64,000 nt of DNA from Saprospiraceae bacterium (GTDB lineage: Bacteria > Bacteroidota > Bacteroidia > Chitinophagales > Saprospiraceae). The stretch is from contig JBBKVK010000357.1 of NCBI GenBank assembly GCA_037968395.1, positions 7 through 64,006 of the forward strand, written 5' to 3'. Under the pieces are notes generated by a model that did not search any database, was not told the origin of the DNA, and saw nothing but the letters and a program-made list of their open reading frames with translations. This document shows positions 20,811 through 28,844 of this stretch, one piece after another. The translations under genes were made by a program, and so were the position numbers. Numbering within the stretch: position 1 is the stretch's first letter; each line of letters starts with the position of its first letter.

Positions 20811-22283
20811 TTAGTATCCTTTATTTTGAATTAAAAACCCATCAGCTAAATCAATCTCTGTCTGAGGTAATGGCATTAATTCATGTTTGTTAGATACGAA
20901 TGGTTTACCTAATTTTTCCATTACTTCCGCTTGAATACCCCAACGGTGTAAGTCAAACCATCTGTGTTGTTCCATACCCAATTCTACTCTACGCTCTTTT
21001 CGTATAGCTTGTCTTAGCAATGACTGGTCTGTAGTCGTAATGTCTTTTAATATGAAGGTATTCGTGCCTCTGGCTCTAGCTCTAACCATGTTTAGGTATT
21101 TAAGAGCTTTGGTGCTCTGAGTTGTTTCATTGGCAGCCTCTGCAGCTAAGAGTAATACATCTGCATATCTCAACAATCTAATATTACCTGGTCCATTGTC
21201 CTGCAATCCTGCATGGCTTGGTACCCATGCTTTCTGATTAAATCTTTCATTAAATACCTCCGGATTGTCTTGTACAATAGTTACACCATCAGGCAATACT
21301 TCTCCTACATATATAATTGTGGCTTGTCTTCTTGGGTCTCCTGGCTCATAAGTTGCAACCAAGTCATCACTTGGTCTATTAAATCCCCACCCTAGATTTG
21401 GGTTGCCTCTGACCCCTTGTACCATATTAAAGGGTGTTGCACCAGAACCAACTACAGCTGCTTGAAGAGCAACAGCACCTATTTCAAATATACTTTCTAT
21501 CCCATTTTCATTGGCTTGGGTAAAAATTAGATTGTATTGTGGTATTAAATCATATTGAACACTATTGATAACGTCTTCACATAGTGTTAGTGCTTCAATA
21601 TTTTTGTTTTGCAATAAGTATAACTTAGCGAGGATACCTTGGGCCGCTCCTCTGGTTGCTCTACCTAGATCATTTGATGCATACTTAGACTTTAATGGTA
21701 AATGCTTTATGGAAAACAACAAATCACGCTCAATAAAATCATAAACTTCTTGTACACTGTTCCTTGTCTGAGTAAAATATTCTTCCTCTTTAAGTTGTCT
21801 ATCTATGATTGGTAACTCACCAAACCATTGTACCATTCTAAAATAACAAAATGCTCTTAAAAACCTTGCTTCTCCTTCTAATCTGTTTCTGTACTCTGCA
21901 TCCATATCCACATTTGGAATGTTTACAATGGATTGATTGGCTCTTGCTATTGTATTGTAATGACCTCTCCAAGTAGCAGAAAACACTTCATTGGTTGGGT
22001 CAAAATTAAATTCATCTATTTGTCTTAAAAAGAGGCCATCATTCTCAGAACTTCCTTTATCCGCGTCATCACTTATGATATCTGTAGCTCCTAAATATGG
22101 CAAGCCGCAAAATTCCCAAGACCTAAAATTGGCATAAATGGCATTGACCGATTGCTCAGCTTGCTCAGCAGTTTGAAAAAATGTATCTGCAGTCAATTGA
22201 CCTAAAGGTTTTCTATCTAAAAAATCTTTTGAACAAGAAGCAAATAAAAATACAAGTGTTGATATATAGATTATAATTTTCAT
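20811..22283 (-). CDS. susD: SusD/RagB-family outer-membrane glycan-binding lipoprotein
   Basis: Begins FASCSKDFLDRKPLGQLT, with TPR-like SusD architecture. It lies immediately downstream of the SusC-like gene. Confidence 0.9.
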   Translation of the reverse strand: MKIIIYISTLVFLFASCSKDFLDRKPLGQLTADTFFQTAEQAEQSVNAIYANFRSWEFCGLPYLGATDIISDDADKGSSENDGLFLRQIDEFNFDPTNEVFSATWRGHYNTIARANQSIVNIPNVDMDAEYRNRLEGEARFLRAFCYFRMVQWFGELPIIDRQLKEEEYFTQTRNSVQEVYDFIERDLLFSIKHLPLKSKYASNDLGRATRGAAQGILAKLYLLQNKNIEALTLCEDVINSVQYDLIPQYNLIFTQANENGIESIFEIGAVALQAAVVGSGATPFNMVQGVRGNPNLGWGFNRPSDDLVATYEPGDPRRQATIIYVGEVLPDGVTIVQDNPEVFNERFNQKAWVPSHAGLQDNGPGNIRLLRYADVLLLAAEAANETTQSTKALKYLNMVRARARGTNTFILKDITTTDQSLLRQAIRKERRVELGMEQHRWFDLHRWGIQAEVMEKLGKPFVSNKHELMPLPQTEIDLADGFLIQNKGY

Positions 22284-22295
22284 CTCTTTTAATTT

Positions 22296-25265
22296 TTAAA
22301 ACTTTGTATTTAATCCAAACTGTATCGACTTAGCAATAGGATAATTACCTCTATCAAATCCTACACTAAAACTACTACCTGCATTGGGAAACTCAGGAGT
22401 ATATCCACTAAACGTTTGTTTGGTCCATAGGTTTGTACCAGATATATAAAATCTTAAATCTTTTACTTTTATCCTAGAAATTAGTTTTGCTGGCACAGTA
22501 TAACCGAGACTGATGTTTCTTAATCTAAAAAATGAGCCGTCTTCAATAAAGTGATCGCTAACTCGATAATTGTTTCCACCATTTGTAACTCTTGGTTCCT
22601 CAGTATTGGTGTTTTCAGGAGTCCAAGCATCTGCTACGTGTTTTTCCCAGTTGTACACCCCAAATCTGAAAGTTTCTTTTTCATTAAATACTTTATTACC
22701 AGTTACACCTAGAAAATCTACAATAACATCAATTCCCTTATATTCGACTGAGGCATTAAATCCATAAGTCAACGTTGGTATAGGACTACCTAAATAGACT
22801 CTATCTTCCCCATCAATAATATCATCTAGATTTGTGTCTACAAACTTCAGATCTCCGGGTTTTTCATTTCCAATAGATGGTCCAGCAGCAATTTCTTCTG
22901 CACTTTGGAATAGACCATCAGTTTGGTATCCGTAAAATGCACCTATAGGTAAGCCTACTACCGTCCTAGTTGCTGGTTCTCCATTGATGAAAGAAGAGAA
23001 AATTTCTGTTTTCCCTTGTGCCAATTTGGTCACTTCGTTACTAATTGGTGATATATTTGCACCAAAAGAATATGTGATTTTACCAGATTCTCTCCATCCT
23101 AAAGTGATATCCCATCCCTTATTTATAACGGAAGCTGTATTGACAAAAGGGTCATTTTGTGATCCTACATAATCAGGAATCGGCACATCTGCAATAATAT
23201 CATAAGTATTACGTCTATACCAATCTATTTCAGAAGTAAACTTTCCTCCAAAAAGTGAAATTTCTACTCCTATATCTGTTTGTTTTGATGACTCCCATTT
23301 AAGATCTGGATTGGAAAGTGACAAGATCGTCGCTCCTTGGTTTATGCTTTCGCCTGTGCCCAACACAGCGTACAGGCCACCATTTACTATTGCAGAGGTA
23401 GGGTATCTGTTGCTTATTGCTTGATTTCCAAGTATACCATAACTTGCTCTCACCTTCAATTTGTCAAGCTGTTTTATACTTTGGAAGAAGTTTTCAGATC
23501 CAAGATTCCATCCTAAACCAATAGAAGGAAAATAACCCGTTCTATTAGCCTCAGTAAATCTACTAGATTGATCAATTCTCATCGAGACAGTTACAAGATA
23601 TTTACTGTCATAACTGTAATTTGTTCTAAACAAATAAGAATTTAGTGCTTCAGCAGATGCTCCACCAAAATTCATTTGTGTCGTATCGTTTCCTGATGAC
23701 AAATACAACAACTCGTCGGCTGTCCCAGGAAAATTTTCTCTACTAGCTCCAAGGCTTTCACTAGTTCGTTCCTCAGCGGTATATCCTACTAGACCTGTAA
23801 CATTGTGTTTGCCCCATGAATTTAGATATGTTAATGATTGTTCCCATATCCAATTGTTATTGCCACCCTTACTTACACTCAATCTATCATTATTATTGAG
23901 TTGCGATGAACTTACTTTAAATATAGGTTCAAAATATTTTGAATCTGCAGAATTAATGTCATATCCATAATTAGATCTAAACTTAAAATGTTTTAAGAAT
24001 GAAATCTCTCCAAACAGATTACCTAACAGGCTATTGCCTTTGCTGTAGTTATTGCTTTTATAAAACTGATCCGCTGCAGGATTTCCAACCGCTAAACCAA
24101 AAAATGTAGGGTCAGTAAAATTACCTAAAGTATCTCTTACTGAAAGTACCGATGGCATTCTATATGCAGACGTAACTACATTAGGACCATTGTGACTCTT
24201 AGAGTTTGAATATGCTGCATTATTGCCAATAGTCAACCAATTATTTACTTTAAATTGTGTATTTAATCTTAATGTAGCTCTAGCGTAATCTGTATTTTTT
24301 AATATACCTTCTTGTTTGAAATAATTACCACTTAGGCTATATGTCATGCTAGAGCTCCCTCCACTTATTCCTAATTGTGCATTGTACATTTGTGCTGTTG
24401 TCAACACTTCGCGTTGCCAATCTGTGCCTACTCCTAGTGAGTCTGGGTTAGAATAAAAGTTTTTGTTTTTAAATTGATTATATGCTCTGGCAAATTCAGA
24501 AGCATCTAAAAGTGATATAAATCTTGCTGCTTCTTGTTGTCCAGAGAATGCCGAGAATGTTATTTCACCATCCTTTTTTGCACTACCACTTTTAGTTGTA
24601 ATTATGATAACACCATTAGCCCCTCTACTTCCATAAATAGCTGAGGCAGAAGCATCTTTTAGTACTTCAACGCTTTCTATATCCTGAGGATTAAGAAAAT
24701 CCGCATCGTAAGTAATCATCCCATCTATGACATATAAAGGGTTAGAGTTGTTAAGAGTACCTGTTCCTCTAATTCTAATTACAGCACTTTCTCCTGGTTT
24801 TCCTGAGGGAGGTGATGCATAAACTCCAGCTATTTTTCCTTGTATGGCTTGAGCAAAATTAGGAGTTGGTATCCTTGCAATCTCTTCTCCTTTTAGACTA
24901 GATACTGCTCCTGTAAGATCACTTTTCTTTTGAACTCCATAACCTACCACTACAATTTGATCAAGTAAAGTGCTATTTTCTATAAGAATTACATCCAAAT
25001 TAGTTAGTCCGTTAATAAGAATAGTTTGCTCCTCATAACCTACATATGTTACCACAATAGATGCTTGATCAGAACCAACTGTTAAGCTGAATCCTCCATC
25101 TATGTCAGTAATGGTACCATTGCTTGTCCCAGCTTCAACTATTGTTGCTCCAATCAGTGGTTCATTACTATCATCTGCTGTAACTCTTCCTTCTATAGCG
25201 TGCTGAGCAATAGAAAAGAATGATGTAAATAGAAGTATTGTTAGAAAAAGTGATTTCAAATTCAT
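22296..25265 (-). CDS. susC: SusC-family TonB-dependent transporter
   Basis: 989 aa. N-terminal carboxypeptidase-regulatory-like domain (IEGRVTADDSNEPLIGATI), plug region DQIVVVGYGVQKKSDLTGAVSS, and a C-terminal beta-barrel ending in F. Confidence 0.9.
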   Translation of the reverse strand: MNLKSLFLTILLFTSFFSIAQHAIEGRVTADDSNEPLIGATIVEAGTSNGTITDIDGGFSLTVGSDQASIVVTYVGYEEQTILINGLTNLDVILIENSTLLDQIVVVGYGVQKKSDLTGAVSSLKGEEIARIPTPNFAQAIQGKIAGVYASPPSGKPGESAVIRIRGTGTLNNSNPLYVIDGMITYDADFLNPQDIESVEVLKDASASAIYGSRGANGVIIITTKSGSAKKDGEITFSAFSGQQEAARFISLLDASEFARAYNQFKNKNFYSNPDSLGVGTDWQREVLTTAQMYNAQLGISGGSSSMTYSLSGNYFKQEGILKNTDYARATLRLNTQFKVNNWLTIGNNAAYSNSKSHNGPNVVTSAYRMPSVLSVRDTLGNFTDPTFFGLAVGNPAADQFYKSNNYSKGNSLLGNLFGEISFLKHFKFRSNYGYDINSADSKYFEPIFKVSSSQLNNNDRLSVSKGGNNNWIWEQSLTYLNSWGKHNVTGLVGYTAEERTSESLGASRENFPGTADELLYLSSGNDTTQMNFGGASAEALNSYLFRTNYSYDSKYLVTVSMRIDQSSRFTEANRTGYFPSIGLGWNLGSENFFQSIKQLDKLKVRASYGILGNQAISNRYPTSAIVNGGLYAVLGTGESINQGATILSLSNPDLKWESSKQTDIGVEISLFGGKFTSEIDWYRRNTYDIIADVPIPDYVGSQNDPFVNTASVINKGWDITLGWRESGKITYSFGANISPISNEVTKLAQGKTEIFSSFINGEPATRTVVGLPIGAFYGYQTDGLFQSAEEIAAGPSIGNEKPGDLKFVDTNLDDIIDGEDRVYLGSPIPTLTYGFNASVEYKGIDVIVDFLGVTGNKVFNEKETFRFGVYNWEKHVADAWTPENTNTEEPRVTNGGNNYRVSDHFIEDGSFFRLRNISLGYTVPAKLISRIKVKDLRFYISGTNLWTKQTFSGYTPEFPNAGSSFSVGFDRGNYPIAKSIQFGLNTKF

Positions 25266-25299
25266 TGCCTTAGTATTTAATCCAAAATGGTTATTAAAT

Positions 25300-25359
25300 G
25301 GAAATAAGAAAAATACTAGGTCTTTAAAGTAAGGAATTTCACTTTATAGACCTAGTATT
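25300..25359 (-). terminator. Long hairpin plus U-rich tail between the CBM-like gene and susC, acting as an intrinsic terminator or attenuator
   Basis: Perfect 12-bp inverted repeat AATACTAGGTCT (25312-25323) and AGACCTAGTATT (25348-25359). Inner pairing AAAGT (25326-25330) with ACTTT (25341-25345). On the minus strand it is followed by UUUUCUUAUUUC. Confidence 0.55.
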
Positions 25360-25372
25360 CCGTATTAATCTA

Positions 25373-28300
25373 CTACAACTTTACAAATTTAGATTGAGCC
25401 ACAACTTGGCCAATTTGATTGTATCCTAATAAAATGTATGCTCCATTTTGTAATTGTGATACATTTAATGAGATATCACTATTATTACTATTAAATGTAG
25501 ATCCAAGTCTTTGTCCATACATAGAATAAATTTCTATCTTAGTTAAATCACTTGTGTTTCTTATAGTCAATACATCATTAACAGGATTTGGACTTATAGA
25601 TAACTTTTCAATAGTTGGATCATTAGTACCTACGATTTCTCCACAATCTCCACCATCTACTTTCACATTATCAAAATAGTAAACTACATCCGCAGTAGGT
25701 AGGTTTTCGATATCCCAAATCAATGTAAGTCTTGCATATTGCCCAGCTGGGTCAATTGGAGTAGGCGAATTAGCAAAATCAAATGACAACTCTTCCCACT
25801 CATTTGCTTTTGTATTAGTTACGGTATTGTCACCTGACCCACCAGGAAAACCTTCGACTAAAGGAAATTCTACCTTCATAGTAACTGCTCCTACTTTAGG
25901 AGACAGCACTTGCATTTTCAGCACAGTGTTACTACTAAAATTGATGTATGATTCTAGGTTGGTAAACATCCCTTGCCATGGTTGTTCGCCTGTAGCTTTT
26001 TCTGTTGCCTTACCTACTTTATCTGATAAGTTGATTCCACTTTTATTTGGATTATCAACTAATTCAAATCCCCCAGAGTTATCTGCTGGAAAATAATTCC
26101 ATACTGAAGAAGTAAATGCTGCGTCATCAAAATTCATAATACAACTATTATACGGTGCATGTGCCCATTTAAGGTTGTCAATAATATAGTTTTCATCAGG
26201 CCCCGAGTCTTTTCCTCCATTAAAAAAGAAACATACTTTTCGATAGTCATTGCCAGCTTCTGCAGAAAAGTCCGCTGAAATTTTATTCCATTTTCCTGCT
26301 TCTGGCACTTCAGTCCAAAGTTCTTTAGCTGGACTTGTTCCACCTTCCAATTTCAATAATAATGGTGAATTTGCAATTGGCGATAATACTTGAAGTTCTA
26401 ATTGATTAAAAACTTCTAAGTCGATGCCATCTGGAAATTCTGTACACAAAGCACCCCAAGGTTCATTCGCTTGTTCTTTGTAAAGACCAACTTTTGTCGA
26501 AGCATTACCGGTCGTGTTAGGATTATTCACTACTGATAGTAAATCCGAGCCAACACTAAAGTCGTAATTTCTTTGACATTCAAAATCGTCAATGATGTTT
26601 AAAATTGCTACGGCGTTTTCACAAGGATCAACAGTCGCTTCTGATTGCGTTAAATTATCAAAATAAAATGTTGCACCTTGTTCTGCTACGTTTGGATTAA
26701 AAATTAACTTCATTGCTGACCAATCTGAAGTTGCATTAAATTCTGCAAAGTTGAAGGACACCTTTTCCCACTCACCTGGAGTTTTAAGGTCTCTTGTTAC
26801 TTCTTTATTACCATCAGTTACACTTTCTAATTGCATAGTGACATTGGTACTTCCAGCTGGAGCTAAAATATCTAAATTATATTGTGCTTTTACTGAAATA
26901 TCAATAAACCCTGGTGCTACCGCTGCGACAGTAGAGAATGGCGAAGAACCTTTCTTGTATTCCCCAACTTTAGACGATGCATTGATGCCTGTTGTCAAAG
27001 GGTTATCTACAACTGCAAATACACCATGAATAGCTGTCAACTGGTCAAGAGGCTCCCAAGGTAATGCTGCCCCATTTTCGAAGTTTTCAAGGTCAGAAGT
27101 TGTCTTTTCTCCAAATCTGATCTCATCAATAAAGTATTCATCTCCTACTTCTGGCAGATTGCCTGCATTGAAGAAAAGGGCAATTTTTTTATGGTTATTA
27201 AGCTCCTCCGAACTAAAATCAACACTGTAATCTATCCATTGTCCCGCTTCTGTAACATCGACCCAGACTTCTTTAGCTGGTGAAGTACCGCCTTCTAGTT
27301 TAGTCAAGACTCGAGTAACCTTTGGCGACCAAAGTTTAAAGTTCAATTGATTATTTACACTAAAGTCGATAGGGTTTTGATGATCAATTACAAGTGCTGC
27401 CCATTCTTCCATCAACGGATCAACATATTTGCCAACCATCGAACTTCCATTTACTGCATTTGGAGCAGGGTTAGCAATTACACTTATGCTGTCCCACCCA
27501 TTTGTATAAGTAGCATGTCTATTACATTCGTAGTCATCAATGATAGTTACATCTTTAACAACATTCGTACAAGCACCAGCAGATACAGCATAAATATTGT
27601 CAAAATAATAATCATCCATGCTAGTCTCGACACCTTGGTCAAAGAATATGATCGCTTTGTTTAAGTGAGTATAACTAGCTTCTTCTGAAAGGTCAATCGT
27701 ATATTCTTGCCACTGATTTGCAAGTCCAATATTGACGACTTTTTCTACAGCTGGCCCTCCTGCACCCTCTAGTTTAAATAAAAACTGAGTGGCTGCTGTA
27801 GCGTTAACACTTATCTTTAATTGATTTAATACACTAAAGTCAAAGGGAGTAGTACGTTCAGCTATTAACAAGCTATAAGAATGAGCTCCAGACTTAGTAT
27901 ATTTACCACAATTGGCAGAATCATTAACTTTATTAGGCATTGGGTTTGCAATTGGTGCATCTAAAACACCATCAGCTCCTACCCAGCCCATTTCATTACC
28001 TGTCTCAAAAGTCTCATAGACTTGAATGGCTTCTTTAGCTACTATATCATCTATATAGAATGTGCCTGCTGTTGGTACAACAAATGGATCAAAAGAAACT
28101 AGAAACTTGTCTAATGTAGTAAGTCCCGCAGCTCCAGAAAAATCCACAGTATAATTTACCCATGCATTAGCTTCTGTAATATCTATAAATTTTTCAACTG
28201 CAGATCCACCGCCTTCCATCTTAAATAAAAGTCTGCTAGGAGCATACGGTGCCCATATTTTTATAGTAAAAAGGTTATTAGTGCTAAGATCTGCAGGAGC

Positions 28301-28540
28301 AGTCAAAGTGCCTAAAGCGAAATTAAAGTCTCCAATTCCATCATTAGTAAATTGTCCAACAAAATCACTTCCATTTACAGCATCTTTTGAAGGATTATCT
28401 ACAACACCATCATATGCGATACCATTTAAGGCTTCCCAAGTGATTAAGGCACCTCCTTCAAAGTCTTCGTAAACAGTCTGTGCTGTTATTATCTGCGTAA
28501 TGAATAGAAAAAATAAAATAAAATGTGTGGCTCTTTTCAT
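25373..28540 (-). CDS. Secreted protein with six tandem CBM-like beta-sandwich modules and a T9SS C-terminal sorting domain
   Basis: Signal peptide, then six ~150-160-aa modules sharing this pattern: (D/E)FE..W....G......NP...(N)xS..VG.Y......FS..NQL...(W)SP.....(L)KLEGG.(S)PA.E........W..Y..DFS.....K...FF..G......Y(Y/F)ID. The last ~80 aa (LSISPNPVNDVLTI...) form a typical T9SS CTD. Confidence 0.7.
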   Translation of the reverse strand: MKRATHFILFFLFITQIITAQTVYEDFEGGALITWEALNGIAYDGVVDNPSKDAVNGSDFVGQFTNDGIGDFNFALGTLTAPADLSTNNLFTIKIWAPYAPSRLLFKMEGGGSAVEKFIDITEANAWVNYTVDFSGAAGLTTLDKFLVSFDPFVVPTAGTFYIDDIVAKEAIQVYETFETGNEMGWVGADGVLDAPIANPMPNKVNDSANCGKYTKSGAHSYSLLIAERTTPFDFSVLNQLKISVNATAATQFLFKLEGAGGPAVEKVVNIGLANQWQEYTIDLSEEASYTHLNKAIIFFDQGVETSMDDYYFDNIYAVSAGACTNVVKDVTIIDDYECNRHATYTNGWDSISVIANPAPNAVNGSSMVGKYVDPLMEEWAALVIDHQNPIDFSVNNQLNFKLWSPKVTRVLTKLEGGTSPAKEVWVDVTEAGQWIDYSVDFSSEELNNHKKIALFFNAGNLPEVGDEYFIDEIRFGEKTTSDLENFENGAALPWEPLDQLTAIHGVFAVVDNPLTTGINASSKVGEYKKGSSPFSTVAAVAPGFIDISVKAQYNLDILAPAGSTNVTMQLESVTDGNKEVTRDLKTPGEWEKVSFNFAEFNATSDWSAMKLIFNPNVAEQGATFYFDNLTQSEATVDPCENAVAILNIIDDFECQRNYDFSVGSDLLSVVNNPNTTGNASTKVGLYKEQANEPWGALCTEFPDGIDLEVFNQLELQVLSPIANSPLLLKLEGGTSPAKELWTEVPEAGKWNKISADFSAEAGNDYRKVCFFFNGGKDSGPDENYIIDNLKWAHAPYNSCIMNFDDAAFTSSVWNYFPADNSGGFELVDNPNKSGINLSDKVGKATEKATGEQPWQGMFTNLESYINFSSNTVLKMQVLSPKVGAVTMKVEFPLVEGFPGGSGDNTVTNTKANEWEELSFDFANSPTPIDPAGQYARLTLIWDIENLPTADVVYYFDNVKVDGGDCGEIVGTNDPTIEKLSISPNPVNDVLTIRNTSDLTKIEIYSMYGQRLGSTFNSNNSDISLNVSQLQNGAYILLGYNQIGQVVAQSKFVKL
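25619..28477 (-). repeat. Six tandem protein-level repeats (divergent at DNA level) inside the CBM-like gene
   Basis: Module boundaries were read from the translation (aa 22-974). Cys residues mark several linkers. Confidence 0.7.
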
Positions 28541-28645
28541 TTTAATAAGTTTTAAGTTATTTAAGATATTGGTTAAAATATTCTGCTAAACTAATGATTA
28601 TTAATGTTGAAATTTCATTTAATCTCTAAAATTTAATCTTATATC

Positions 28646-28785
28646 ACCTCACTTTTACCTCATCATTGAAAGCTGTATCGTTTAAATACAACATCATATT
28701 TTTTATTTAAATATGTATATCTATTGTATATTATTGATTTTAGTTGATTTTTTTCAAAAAAATAAAATATTAAACTACCTCACTT
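28646..28785 (-). promoter_or_regulatory. C-rich 9-mer ACCTCACTT repeated in the AT-rich PUL promoter region
   Basis: ACCTCACTT occurs at 28646-28654 and 28777-28785, with a partial ACCTCA at 28657-28662. All lie in the 304-bp spacer upstream of the CBM-like gene. Confidence 0.25.
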
Positions 28786-28844
28786 CTTAAAATATACAGC
28801 TCTCAAATATTTTTATAAATATCACTGGATTAAATAGGACTGTA

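Noticed and set aside
13992-28540. Interpreting the PUL as a laminarin (beta-1,3-glucan) locus, the commonest GH3-containing PUL in marine Flavobacteriia
   Set aside because: No GH16, GH17, GH30 or GH149-like genes are present. The two endo-enzyme candidates look GH144/glucoamylase-like. This is not formally excluded until CAZy HMMs are run.
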